Origin: Candidatus Amesbacteria bacterium GW2011_GWC2_45_19
GTDB taxonomy: Bacteria; Patescibacteriota; Microgenomatia; CAZETR01; Amesbacteraceae
Direction of reading: 5' to 3'
NCBI GenBank assembly: GCA_001001555.1
Contig: LCKS01000004.1
Location: forward strand, 36,130-100,129
DNA length: 64,000 nucleotides
Below, one piece after another: positions 49,970 through 59,675 of the stretch (position 1 is the stretch's first letter; every line of letters begins with the position of its first letter). Below the pieces are notes generated by a model. That model made no database searches. It was given only the letters and a program-made list of their open reading frames with translations, and was not told the origin of the DNA. Made by a program: the position numbers and the translations under genes.

Positions 49970-50713
49970 TTACCAGCCAGAAGTCATTCCAGAAACCAGT
50001 TCAGAGAAATAACGCAAGGTGGGCAAAACGACGGGAAAATTGAGACGGCAGGGACCGATGAGTCCCAAAATGCCCCGACGGCCGGAGCCGGCAGCAAAAG
50101 GCGTAAAAGCAAAACCGACCGGCTCGAAATAATCTCCCCAACCCAGATCCTGCCCAAAAACGATATGCACTGTTTCGGCGGGGTCATATTGGCGGTCAAA
50201 AAACAGCTGGCGGATGCGAGTTTCCTGATCTAAAAGAGTCAGCACGGTGCGGGTCACGTCAATATCGTAAAACTCGGGAGTAGAAAGAATGTTGGCTGTC
50301 CCGGCATAATACACATCGCCGGCGTCGGTGACGGCTACGGACAGATTTTTGGTGCGGTCAGCCAGGGCCAAGGTGGTATGGCGCATCAGGCGGTCAAAAT
50401 CGAAACGGGAGTCCCAAACTTTTTCTTTGGCGGCCACTTCCTCCGTCACAGACATCTTTTTCTCTTGCATGAGGTGGCCGATGTAAAAGCGCAGAGCTTC
50501 CGGGGTAGGCACCCGGCCGGCAGAGGTATGGAGTTGTTTTAACAGACCCACCTCGGTCAGAGCGGCCATTTCGTTACGAATGGTGGCCGGGGAAACACCT
50601 AGGGAATATTTACGGTCCAGAACTTCGCTGCCTACCGCTTCGGCGGTGTTGATATATTCCTCGATCAGACATTTAAGGATCCGGATCTGGCGGGTAGTAA
50701 GGTTGGTGTCCAT
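49970..50713 (-). CDS. hrcA: heat-inducible transcription repressor HrcA
   Basis: SPATIRNEMA.L...G.L.Q.HTSAGRVPT. Confidence 0.95.
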   Translation of the reverse strand: MDTNLTTRQIRILKCLIEEYINTAEAVGSEVLDRKYSLGVSPATIRNEMAALTEVGLLKQLHTSAGRVPTPEALRFYIGHLMQEKKMSVTEEVAAKEKVWDSRFDFDRLMRHTTLALADRTKNLSVAVTDAGDVYYAGTANILSTPEFYDIDVTRTVLTLLDQETRIRQLFFDRQYDPAETVHIVFGQDLGWGDYFEPVGFAFTPFAAGSGRRGILGLIGPCRLNFPVVLPTLRYFSELVSGMTSGW

Positions 50714-50714
50714 A

Positions 50715-50741
50715 TTGTCACTCTTATATCAAGAGTGCTAA
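50715..50741 (-). promoter_or_regulatory. CIRCE operator overlapping the hrcA promoter
   Basis: Minus strand TTAGCACTC-N9-GAGTGACAA; TTGACA (50751-50746)-17-TATAAG overlaps it. Confidence 0.85.
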
Positions 50742-50776
50742 CGATTGTCAAGGGGAGAATCTCGGAGTAGAATCAA

Positions 50777-52102
50777 ATGATGAAGAGGGACCAGATAATT
50801 TCATTGGGGGGGGTGGTGATACTGGCGCTGGCGCTGCCGCTGCTGCTGAAGGGAGTGAATTATGTGCAGAAATTAATGGTGGGGGCGGAGGGAAGATTGG
50901 CAGCCATTACGGTGGAAACGGATCGCGTTTTAGGACCTATGCCTCAACCCTGGCGGGCGCTAGCCCAAGGCGGAGAGGATCTGTTGGGTTTTATGGACCA
51001 GGTTGGAGGACAAGTGGCGGGAGTCAAGACCCAGTATGTGCGGATAGATCATATATATGACGGCTTCAACGTGGTGGGGAACGGTTTAACCTTCAACTGG
51101 ACAGGGCTGGACCGGGTGGTAGATAAAATACGGGCGGCCGGAGCCACGCCATTTTTGTCCTTGTCTTACATGCCCCTGGCCATCTCCAAAGGAGATATTT
51201 TGGATGAGCCGCGAGATTGGAACGAGTGGTCGTTAGTAGTCCGGAAAACGATTGAACACTTTAGCGGAGAAAAAAATATCCCGGGAGTGTACTACGAAGT
51301 CTGGAATGAGCCGGATCTATTTGGTAAATGGACCATGGGAGGAAATAAGGATTATAAAAAATTATATTTGTATGCCTCCAGAGGAGCACAGGCGGCCCGG
51401 GTGTCCCAATCTTTTAAATTCGGAGGACCGGCCACAACGGGACTATATAAAAATTGGATGGACCGTTTCTTTCCGTTTATTTTGGAAAACCGTTTAAGAC
51501 TGGATTTCTTCTCCTGGCATAGGTATGACGCAGATTTGGCTAAATACAGCCAGGATGTGGCCTTTGTAAACCGGTGGATAGAAAGCCACCCGTATTTTGC
51601 AAATGTGGAAAAAGTGATTTCAGAAATGGGGCCGGATAGTGAAAAAGGCGGGCAAAATGATACCCGGGCGGGGGCGGCCCATTTGCTGGCGGTAATGCGG
51701 GAGTTACTGTACCAAATAAAATACGTGTTTACATTTTCAGTAACGGGACAGTGGGGAGTGGTGGGCAAGCCCAGGTATGAAGCCTTGAGACTGCTGTCTA
51801 ATTTGGGAGATCAAAGACTGGCGGTGACCGGAGACGGGACCTGGGTGCGGGCGTTTGGAGCCAAAAAAGGCGACGCGTATCAGGTGCTAGTGGTGAATTA
51901 CGATCCCAAAGGCAGACATTCGGAAGTGGTGCCGGTGACGTTTGTAAATTTATCAAGTGAAAATTTTTTGCTGCGGCAGATAACCATGGGCGGAGGAACT
52001 ATTCAATCCGAAGTAGCCACTACAGAAGCTATACTCCAGCGAGAAATACCTATGACTCCAAATAGCGCGGTACTACTCGAACTCACACCCAAATCCCAAT
52101 AA
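50777..52102 (+). CDS. membrane-anchored glycoside hydrolase, GH39-like
   Basis: N-terminal TM; LSYMP, YEVWNEPD (acid/base), GGP, DFFSWH.Y, VISE (nucleophile). Confidence 0.82.
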   Translation: MMKRDQIISLGGVVILALALPLLLKGVNYVQKLMVGAEGRLAAITVETDRVLGPMPQPWRALAQGGEDLLGFMDQVGGQVAGVKTQYVRIDHIYDGFNVVGNGLTFNWTGLDRVVDKIRAAGATPFLSLSYMPLAISKGDILDEPRDWNEWSLVVRKTIEHFSGEKNIPGVYYEVWNEPDLFGKWTMGGNKDYKKLYLYASRGAQAARVSQSFKFGGPATTGLYKNWMDRFFPFILENRLRLDFFSWHRYDADLAKYSQDVAFVNRWIESHPYFANVEKVISEMGPDSEKGGQNDTRAGAAHLLAVMRELLYQIKYVFTFSVTGQWGVVGKPRYEALRLLSNLGDQRLAVTGDGTWVRAFGAKKGDAYQVLVVNYDPKGRHSEVVPVTFVNLSSENFLLRQITMGGGTIQSEVATTEAILQREIPMTPNSAVLLELTPKSQ

Positions 52103-52112
52103 ATTTGTGTTC

Positions 52113-53297
52113 TTAAATTTGAAATCCATATATTACTTTTTTTAATTTTTTGTCGGCTTTGTCCAAACTCACCACCCGGCAATTGGTTATTCCCAGCTTT
52201 AACGCCGTTCTTTCCAATTTCTGCACGTCAAATCCTCCCCCCGCCGTTTTTACCTCATAAGCTGTTCTGCCTTCCACTATAAAATCAATCTCCGCTCCGC
52301 TTTTTAGCTGGTAATACCCTATGTTTTCTTTCATGTTCCCCAATTTCCCTCCGTAAACCAATCGGATAAACAACTGGTTAAATACCTTATTTTCAAACAA
52401 TTGTCCTCGCGACACTTGAGCCACTCTGTTCAATATCCCCGTGTCTCCAAAATAGATCTTGGGTAAATGCTTAACCTGCACGTCCCGGGAACCAGATATC
52501 GGCCTTAAGTAATGAATCAAGTATGTCTGTTCAAAAAAATCTAAATAGCCCGATACGGTCTGACGGGACACACCCAAACTTTCGGCCAACTTACCTATTT
52601 CCGGCTTTGATCCCACTCGGGAAGACAATAAAAACAACAAATCTTTCAGGTTTTGATTATCCCGAAAGTTGGCCAGCGCTTGCACATCCAGCTTAAAATA
52701 TGATCCCAATATATCATCCAGCCGCAATAACTTCTCTTCCGCCGACTGGGCCAACACTACCCCCGGAAACCCCCCATATGTCAAATATTCCTCATATAGT
52801 GCCGACAGCCACTCATACCCCGCGTCCGGTCTGACCTGCGTTTCTTTAAACCATAAGAACTCTGCAAAATCTAATGGATATAACTCAAACAGGAACTTCC
52901 TCCCCGCCAGGCTTTCCGAAAACCAGTTTTTTAAATAAAAACTGCTTGATCCGGTCAGGTAAAATTTAATATTGTTATGGTCATAAAGATACTTTACTGC
53001 CGACGGCAGATTACGCACGTTCTGAATTTCATCCAAAAACACATACGCCCTCCGGCTATAATCAATCCCCAACCTGCCTAAATACGCCTTGATATTGTCA
53101 TAGTTATCATCGGCAAACACTCTTTGATTCACCGGACTTTCCATATCCAAAAAAATCTTGTTTTTGGTGGCTACACCCTCGTAAATATGTTTTAACAATT
53201 CCGTCTTCCCCACTCGCCTGAATCCAGTTACCACTATCGCTTCTTGGGCATCTGCATGCCTGGCTAAAATATCTAAAATCTTGCGCTTTTGGAACAT
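52113..53297 (-). CDS. AAA_14/DUF4143 ATP-binding protein
   Basis: GFRRVGKT, FLDEIQ, TGSS, ESLAGR, YGGFP, KIYF.DTG, EIDF; start re-called from promoter spacing. Confidence 0.88.
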   Translation of the reverse strand: MFQKRKILDILARHADAQEAIVVTGFRRVGKTELLKHIYEGVATKNKIFLDMESPVNQRVFADDNYDNIKAYLGRLGIDYSRRAYVFLDEIQNVRNLPSAVKYLYDHNNIKFYLTGSSSFYLKNWFSESLAGRKFLFELYPLDFAEFLWFKETQVRPDAGYEWLSALYEEYLTYGGFPGVVLAQSAEEKLLRLDDILGSYFKLDVQALANFRDNQNLKDLLFLLSSRVGSKPEIGKLAESLGVSRQTVSGYLDFFEQTYLIHYLRPISGSRDVQVKHLPKIYFGDTGILNRVAQVSRGQLFENKVFNQLFIRLVYGGKLGNMKENIGYYQLKSGAEIDFIVEGRTAYEVKTAGGGFDVQKLERTALKLGITNCRVVSLDKADKKLKKVIYGFQI

Positions 53298-53308
53298 ATC
53301 TGGCATAG

Positions 53309-53337
53309 AGCTTAACAAAAAGCATGCTTTTTGTCAA
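53309..53337 (-). promoter_or_regulatory. promoter with palindromic operator
   Basis: TTGACA-17-TAAGCT enclosing the perfect palindrome acaaaaagcatgctttttgt. Confidence 0.6.
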
Positions 53338-53347
53338 GTAATTGCGG

Positions 53348-55111
53348 TCAATTTACTTTCAAAATCGACAGGAAGGCTTCCTGAGGGAGGTCGATTTTAC
53401 CCACACGTTTCATGCGGGCTTTGCCTTTTTTTTGTTTTTTGAGGAGCTTGTCCTTGCGGGTTTGGTCTCCCCCGGAAAGTTTGGCGATGACGTCTTTGCG
53501 GTAGGCTTTGACGTCGGCCCGGGCCAGAATACGACTGCCGATGGCGGCCTGGATGGGCACCTCAAAGTTTTGCCTAGGAATAATATTTTGCAGGGTATCG
53601 ACTAAACTTTTAGCCAAATACCGGGCTTGGGCGCTGGGGATGATTTGAGACAGGGCCTCTATTTTTTCGCCGGCGACGAGAACGTCTAGTTTAGCCAGAT
53701 CTGCTGCCTGATAACCAGCCAGTTCATAATCCAGAGTGGCAAAGCCCTGGGAAACGCTTTTGAGAGAATCGTAAAAGCCGCGGATCAGCCCGGCCAGGGG
53801 CAGAGAGTAGGACAACTGGACTAAACGAGCCAGGTATTGAATATGGGTTTGAGTACCGCGATGATTCTGGCACAGCCGGATGACCGGACCGATGTATTCT
53901 TGAGGAACAAAAATTGAGAGATTTAACATAGGTTCGCGAATTTCTTTGATGATTGACGGGTCGGGGAAGGCGGAGGCCTGGTTGATAGTTATTAGTTCAT
54001 GGTTCATGGTTAGTATTTGATAGGAAACCGAGGGGGCAGCGGCGATAACATCCAGACTAAACTCACGCTCCAGTCTTTCCTGGACGATGTCGGCGTGAAG
54101 CAGGCCCAAAAAGCCGACGCGAAAACCGTTACCCAGGGCCGGAGAAAATTCCGGAGTAAAAGTGAAAGCTGAATCGGATAGCTGAAGTTTGTCCAGAGCG
54201 CCGCGCAGGATATTTATTTCGGATCCCTCGGTGGGGTAAAAACTGATGAAAACCACGGGTTTTATTAGTTTGTAGCCAGGGAGTGAAACAGCGTTTAAAG
54301 AAGATGAAAGCGTGTCGCCAACAGTAAGAAGAGATAGATCTTTAAGGTTGGTGACAACGTAACCCACCTCTCCGGCTGATAACTTGGGAGAGGGGGTACG
54401 CTGGGGGGTAAAATAACCAACCTCAATAGCTGTGGTTGGGGCGCGGGTGCCTAGCAAAAAGAGTTTGTCGTGTGCTCTAATTTCGCCATCGACAAGCCTG
54501 ACCCAGGCAACCACTCCTAAGTGGGGGTCGAAATTACTATTGAATACCAAGGCCCGGGTGGGCCCGCCTTCGCTAGAGCTACGGCGAGGCGAGGGAATAC
54601 GATGGATGATAGTAGTGAGGAGTTCGGGGACGCCGGCGCCGGTTTTGGCCGAGACCAGTAATGGAGATTCCAAATTTAATATTTCTTTAAGCTGTTTTTC
54701 AGCGCCGGCGATATCCGCGGTAGTAATATCGATTTTATTAATGACGGGGATAATGGTTAGGCCTAACTTTTTGGCTTGGTGATAGTGGGCCAGGGTTTGG
54801 GCCTGAACGCCCTGGGTAGCGTCGACAAGTAAAATCGCTCCTTCGCATGCGGCCAGGGAGCGGCTGACTTCGTAGGAAAAATCTACATGACCCGGGGTAT
54901 CTATCAGGTTCAGAATATAATTCTGGTACTCCATCCGCACCGGTGCCAATTTAATCGTGATCCCCCGCTCTCTTTCGATAGGGTTGCTGTCTAAAAGTTG
55001 GGCCCGCATTTGCCGCTTGGGGACAGTGCCGGTGATTTCCAGCAACCGGTCGGCCAAGGTAGATTTACCATGGTCAACATGAGCAATAATGGCAAAATTG
55101 TGGATATTCAT
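53348..55111 (-). CDS. lepA: elongation factor 4 (LepA)
   Basis: MNIHNFAIIAHVDHGKSTLADRLLE, GFLGLLH, RKDKLLKKQKKGK; ATG 55111 overlaps the murJ stop. Confidence 0.97.
   Translation of the reverse strand: MNIHNFAIIAHVDHGKSTLADRLLEITGTVPKRQMRAQLLDSNPIERERGITIKLAPVRMEYQNYILNLIDTPGHVDFSYEVSRSLAACEGAILLVDATQGVQAQTLAHYHQAKKLGLTIIPVINKIDITTADIAGAEKQLKEILNLESPLLVSAKTGAGVPELLTTIIHRIPSPRRSSSEGGPTRALVFNSNFDPHLGVVAWVRLVDGEIRAHDKLFLLGTRAPTTAIEVGYFTPQRTPSPKLSAGEVGYVVTNLKDLSLLTVGDTLSSSLNAVSLPGYKLIKPVVFISFYPTEGSEINILRGALDKLQLSDSAFTFTPEFSPALGNGFRVGFLGLLHADIVQERLEREFSLDVIAAAPSVSYQILTMNHELITINQASAFPDPSIIKEIREPMLNLSIFVPQEYIGPVIRLCQNHRGTQTHIQYLARLVQLSYSLPLAGLIRGFYDSLKSVSQGFATLDYELAGYQAADLAKLDVLVAGEKIEALSQIIPSAQARYLAKSLVDTLQNIIPRQNFEVPIQAAIGSRILARADVKAYRKDVIAKLSGGDQTRKDKLLKKQKKGKARMKRVGKIDLPQEAFLSILKVN
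54562..54589. repeat. 28-bp hairpin repeat (family B) in frame in lepA
   Basis: gcccgccttcgctagagctacggcgagg, encoding PRRSSSEGG. Confidence 0.75.
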
Positions 55112-56751
55112 TAATTTTGGTCCGGGGCGGGGAGAATGACGGGCTCGGAAGGCGTGGGGGCAAGAATGTTTCTCCATTTGGTAATTCGTTTAATTAAATC
55201 GACGAAAGTGGCCAGTTCTTGAATTTTGAAAACTACCGAGAGAAAGAAATAGACGGACAAACCAATGAGAGTAGTAATTCCGGTCAATAAAAGCAGGGGG
55301 AGAGTCCGGGTAGTATCGAAAACAAACTCGTCCAGAAGGCGCATGGGCAGCCACAAGAAGAGGCCGGTGATGAGGCTGGTAAGAATCATTTTGGCCAGAG
55401 GGACAAAAACCTTATGGGGAGCGACAGAGACGCGGCGGTATAGCAGCCAGGACAGGACTAGGGTTTCTAGGATGGCGGTAGCGGAAATGGCCACCGCGAT
55501 GCCTAAGATTCCCCACCCCAACCAAGTAACGGAGAAAACTGCCAGCAAAGAACTAAAAATGGCGGCCAAGAAGCCCACTAAAAGCGGAGTGCGGGTGTCG
55601 TGTAAAGCGTAAAAACCGCGGATGACTAATTGCATTACCGCGTAGAACGCTGCTGAAGCACAAAGAATGGCCAGGGTTTTGCCGGTTAAAAGAGTAGCGG
55701 CCCAAGGAAAGGTTTTGGCCCCAAAAATAAGACGCACGATGGGAATTCTCAAGATGATAAACAGGGTGCTCAGAGGAAGAGCCATGAAAGCAATTTGTAA
55801 AAATGAGGAGATGAGGGTGCTACGAAATTGATCTAGGTTGGAATGGGCAGCTTCTTTGGCCAGTTGGGGAAAAGCGGCCTGACTGATGGTCACCCCAAAA
55901 AGAGAAGTGGGGATAGTAAAAAGGAGACGGGCGGCATTAAGGAGAGATAAAGAGCCGGGAACCAAAAGCGAGGCTAGAGTAACGGCCACGAACTGTTCTA
56001 TTTGATCAATGCCCAGGGCCAAGACCCGGGGAGGCATGAGCCGGCCTACTTCCCGAACCCCGGGGTGAGAAAAATTCAAGGACAAAGAGGGACGAAAACC
56101 CAAACGCCAGGCCAACGGCAGTTGGATGAGCATGTGCAAAACCGCCCCCAGGACGACTCCCCAAGCCGGTCCGAGAATGCCCAAGGTGGGGGAGAGAAAG
56201 ACGATACCGGCGATAATACCCAGGTTATAGGCCACCGGAGCCAGGGCGGGAATAAGAAAACGCTGGTGAGACTGGATGATGCCGGTCAAAAATCCGGAAA
56301 TGGAAAAGAAAATTTGAGCCACTAACATGATCCGCAGCAACTGAACCATAGTGCCGATTTGGAAAGCGGTAAATCCGGGGGCAATCAGGCGGGAGAGCGG
56401 GTAGGCAAAGACAAAAATCAAAGCCGAGAGAAGCATAAAAATCAGAATAATCAGGTTCATGGTGGTCGAGGTCATGGTCCAGGCTTCTTTTTCATCCTTG
56501 GCCAGATATTTACTAAAGGTGGGGATGAAAGCCGCAGAAAGAGAGCCGATGACCAGAAGTTGAAAAATAGTATCAGGGATAACAAAGGCGGCGTAATACA
56601 CATCCAGCAACTGGGATTGGGCGCTAAAGAAAGAAGAGATAAGCAGGCGGGTTTTGACCAGACCGATGAGGTGGGACAAGCCATAAGTGGCCATAATGAT
56701 AAAAGCGGCGGAGAGAATATGGCTCTGGCGCCGGAAGAAAATATCCCGCAT
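55111..56751 (-). CDS. murJ: lipid II flippase MurJ
   Basis: Polytopic; D.YYAAF.IPD, G.LSAAFIP, FYALHDTRTP motifs. Confidence 0.93.
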   Translation of the reverse strand: MRDIFFRRQSHILSAAFIIMATYGLSHLIGLVKTRLLISSFFSAQSQLLDVYYAAFVIPDTIFQLLVIGSLSAAFIPTFSKYLAKDEKEAWTMTSTTMNLIILIFMLLSALIFVFAYPLSRLIAPGFTAFQIGTMVQLLRIMLVAQIFFSISGFLTGIIQSHQRFLIPALAPVAYNLGIIAGIVFLSPTLGILGPAWGVVLGAVLHMLIQLPLAWRLGFRPSLSLNFSHPGVREVGRLMPPRVLALGIDQIEQFVAVTLASLLVPGSLSLLNAARLLFTIPTSLFGVTISQAAFPQLAKEAAHSNLDQFRSTLISSFLQIAFMALPLSTLFIILRIPIVRLIFGAKTFPWAATLLTGKTLAILCASAAFYAVMQLVIRGFYALHDTRTPLLVGFLAAIFSSLLAVFSVTWLGWGILGIAVAISATAILETLVLSWLLYRRVSVAPHKVFVPLAKMILTSLITGLFLWLPMRLLDEFVFDTTRTLPLLLLTGITTLIGLSVYFFLSVVFKIQELATFVDLIKRITKWRNILAPTPSEPVILPAPDQN

Positions 56752-56772
56752 GTGTGATATTATATGGCGGAT

Positions 56773-57012
56773 ATGCCAGTAACTCTAGGCGCAATCAGAA
56801 AGCTCCGGACTGATAAGGGCAGGACCGGGATTAATGCCGTGGTAAAGCGGATATTTAGAGAAGTAGTATCAAAGATGCGTAAACACCCGACGGCGAAGAA
56901 CCTGGTGGAGGTCTATAAAAGGCTGGACCGGGCCGCCAAATCCCAGGTCATCCACAGAAACAAGGCCGATAGGTTAAAATCCAGGCTCTCGCGTTTGCTG
57001 CGGAAAAAATAG
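56773..57012 (+). CDS. rpsT: 30S ribosomal protein S20
   Basis: MPVT..A..KLR...LDRAAK..VIH.NKA.R.KSRL; alternative start at 56764. Confidence 0.93.
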   Translation: MPVTLGAIRKLRTDKGRTGINAVVKRIFREVVSKMRKHPTAKNLVEVYKRLDRAAKSQVIHRNKADRLKSRLSRLLRKK

Positions 57013-57024
57013 TATACTACAGAC

Positions 57025-57555
57025 ATGACTGCCCCGGGTAATATCAATTTGTTGCCTAAGTCTGGTTTCGAAGCTTCTTTTTGGGGGAAATTTTTGAAAT
57101 GGGGACTGAGCACCGGAAGATACCTGGTAATTTTGACGGAGTTGGTCGTAATCGCCGCGTTTTTATCCAGATTTAAATTGGATCAGGATTACGCAGACCT
57201 AGGAGACAAAATTAACGGCAAAAAAGCGGTGCTGACAGCCATGGCCGAAACGGAAAAAAGATTTAGACTGGCTCAGGAAAGATTGGAAGCGGCCGGAAAA
57301 ATCATCGGGGGGCAGTTAGAGGCAGCAAACGAAATTGAAGAAGTGACTGCCAAAGTTCCTGTGGGAGTAGTTTTAACTGATTTGGCAGTGTCTAATAAAG
57401 TAATATCGGTAACGGGAAGCGCTGATAAAACGGATGAAATTGGAGTCTTTTTATCCCGTTTGGCAGGAGGCGGCGGTTGGAAAAGCGTGCGGGTGACCAG
57501 CTTGTCTGCTGACGGGCAGACGGGAATTAAATATTCAATTAATATTTCGCTCTAA
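57025..57555 (+). CDS. pilN: type IV pilus assembly protein PilN-like
   Basis: INLLP motif, TM, coiled coil and ferredoxin-like C-terminus. Confidence 0.82.
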   Translation: MTAPGNINLLPKSGFEASFWGKFLKWGLSTGRYLVILTELVVIAAFLSRFKLDQDYADLGDKINGKKAVLTAMAETEKRFRLAQERLEAAGKIIGGQLEAANEIEEVTAKVPVGVVLTDLAVSNKVISVTGSADKTDEIGVFLSRLAGGGGWKSVRVTSLSADGQTGIKYSINISL

Positions 57556-57557
57556 AT

Positions 57558-58124
57558 ATGGCTCAACTAAACTACAAAAGCAGTTTGGCTCAATACCGCA
57601 GATACTTGGCGGTAATTCGAGAACAGCCTATGTTTGCGGCTAGTTTGGGATTGGTGCTATCTTTAATGTTGGTAATAATTTTGGTATCGGCAGCCTTGAG
57701 GCCGACTTTAGTAGCTATCGCTTCCCTGCTGGGAGATATTAGGCAGCAAAGCGAAGTAGAGAAAAAATTGGATGAAAAAATTGCGGAAGTAACGGCAGCC
57801 CAAGCGGTGTACCTGAAGAATGAATCCAGGCTGAAAGTGCTGGACGAAGCATTGCCAATCGGCCGGAAATACGCGGCCTGGGCAATAAGATTGGAAGACG
57901 TCGCTTCCGAGAGTGGAGTGAAAGTGGCAGAATGGTCGCTCCTTGAAGGGAAAAATTTTAGTGTCTCCCTGGTCGGAGACGTCCCGGAGTTAAAACGGTT
58001 TTTGGCTGCTTTGGAAAACTTGCGAAGATTAGTGGAAATTGAGAGCGTGCAGCTGGCTAAAGAAAAAGAATTGACGTTAATTATGAAGGGAGTTCTGAAA
58101 TCATATGAGGAAAAACAAGATTGA
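57558..58124 (+). CDS. pilO: type IV pilus assembly protein PilO-like
   Basis: TM, coiled coil, ALP, FL..LENL.RL; follows pilN. Confidence 0.78.
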   Translation: MAQLNYKSSLAQYRRYLAVIREQPMFAASLGLVLSLMLVIILVSAALRPTLVAIASLLGDIRQQSEVEKKLDEKIAEVTAAQAVYLKNESRLKVLDEALPIGRKYAAWAIRLEDVASESGVKVAEWSLLEGKNFSVSLVGDVPELKRFLAALENLRRLVEIESVQLAKEKELTLIMKGVLKSYEEKQD

Positions 58125-58305
58125 CCGTGATATTGTGATGGTACTAGTTATGACTTTGATTACGCTGACCGCGTGGGTGGGATTTGAAGTTTACCGGGCT
58201 TATACCCGAGTAAATATTTCTCCTGTCCCAGATAAGCAACTGCTAAAGTTATCTCCCACGCTGGACATCCCCGTGCTGGAAAAATTAGAAAGCAGGACCC
58301 CGTGA
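58105..58305 (+). CDS. small single-TM protein in pil operon
   Basis: TM followed by L.P.LD..L..LE.R; overlaps both neighbours. Confidence 0.7.
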   Translation: MRKNKIDRDIVMVLVMTLITLTAWVGFEVYRAYTRVNISPVPDKQLLKLSPTLDIPVLEKLESRTP

Positions 58306-59561
58306 GAAAAAGAGAGCTGACCATTCCTACAATCTTGGGGGTTCTGGCCATAATTGGGGGACTGGTAGGGGGGATGGTGTTATTGAACAAACCGTTACGG
58401 AATTTGGTGGGAGCTAGTCCGGAGGAAACTCCGAAAGAAGTCAAAATTACTAATATTTCCGACACAAATTTTGTAGTCAGCTGGGTGACAGACAAATCTA
58501 CTTCCGGTTATATCCAATATAATGGAGAATTGGTGGTATCCGACGACCGGGATCAGGAAAGGGGCGAAATTGGCAACTATTTTACCCATTTGGTAACGGT
58601 CAGGGGGCTGAAACCGGCTACCAAGTATAGCTTTAAAATCGGGTCCGGGGGAGATTTATACGAGGTGACGACAGCCATGACGGCGGGACAACCTCCGGCA
58701 GCAGACGTGGCATATGGACAAGTGGTGACGGCCAGCGGCGATCCGGTAGAAGGAGCTATTGTGTATTTATTGATGCCGGGAGCGGTGACCCAAGCCGCCA
58801 TGACCAAGCCCTCTGGATCGTGGGTTATTCCCGTATCTGCCGCCCGCAGCGCAGATTTAACCAGCTTCGCAGCTTACGACCGGGAAAAAGAACGGGTAGA
58901 AATTGTGGTCCAGGTGGGAATGTTGGGAACGGCGACAATAAATACGACGGCTGGAGCGACTAAACCAGTGGCAGAGATTGCTTTAGGAAAATCCAGGAAT
59001 GAGCCAGAGCCAACTACCGGATCAAAATTTCCGGCTATGGACGTGGAGAAAGAATTGGTAATTTTGACGCCCAAGTCGGGAGAGAGAGTAAATTCCCCAA
59101 AGCCGGAAATTATGGGCAGAGCTCCGGCAGGAAGCCAAGTTACCATTAAAGTGGAATCGTCCAAATTATTTACCGAGACTTTAACCGCCAGTGAAAACGG
59201 GGAATGGACGTATAGTGTTCCTGAAAACTTGGAACCCGGAGAGCATACGGTGACGGTGACGTCGATCATTGACAGTGTAACTAAAACGATCAAGAAGAAT
59301 TTTGTGGTGGAAGCGGCGGGCGTTTCTAACGCGCCAGCCAGAGTGGCTACTCCGTCTGCAACCCTAAAACCGACTCCTACGCCAACGCCGACTCCAACAC
59401 CTACTCCGACGCCAACGCCTACAATTGCTCCCAGAGTCGCTTATCCGTCCACGGAATCCGGCATTCCCGTATCTGGAAATTTGATTCCGACTTTAATTTT
59501 ACTCATACTGGGAACAGGATTAATTGTAGCCGGATATACTGGCTACAATTACAAATTCTGA
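58302..59561 (+). CDS. surface protein: FN3/purple-acid-phosphatase-N-like and Ig-like domains, PT linker, sortase-like C-terminus
   Basis: N-terminal TM; ITNISD..F.VSW.T, H.V...L.P.T.Y, G.W...L..G.H, (PT)n, then IPVSG plus TM. Confidence 0.8.
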   Translation: MRKRELTIPTILGVLAIIGGLVGGMVLLNKPLRNLVGASPEETPKEVKITNISDTNFVVSWVTDKSTSGYIQYNGELVVSDDRDQERGEIGNYFTHLVTVRGLKPATKYSFKIGSGGDLYEVTTAMTAGQPPAADVAYGQVVTASGDPVEGAIVYLLMPGAVTQAAMTKPSGSWVIPVSAARSADLTSFAAYDREKERVEIVVQVGMLGTATINTTAGATKPVAEIALGKSRNEPEPTTGSKFPAMDVEKELVILTPKSGERVNSPKPEIMGRAPAGSQVTIKVESSKLFTETLTASENGEWTYSVPENLEPGEHTVTVTSIIDSVTKTIKKNFVVEAAGVSNAPARVATPSATLKPTPTPTPTPTPTPTPTPTIAPRVAYPSTESGIPVSGNLIPTLILLILGTGLIVAGYTGYNYKF

Positions 59562-59668
59562 TTTCTAATTTCTAAATCCTAAATAAATTTCAATGTCAAA
59601 ATCTAAAAAGTTTAAACAATTGGAATTTAGATATTATTTAGAGTTTAGATATTAGAATTTAGAGTTTT
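59561..59668. repeat. intergenic inverted array of 7-nt-period AT-rich repeats
   Basis: Left arm ctaatttctaaatcctaaataaatttcaa pairs imperfectly with right arm ttggaatttagatattatttagagtttagatattag. Confidence 0.7.
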
Positions 59669-59675
59669 TTAAAGT

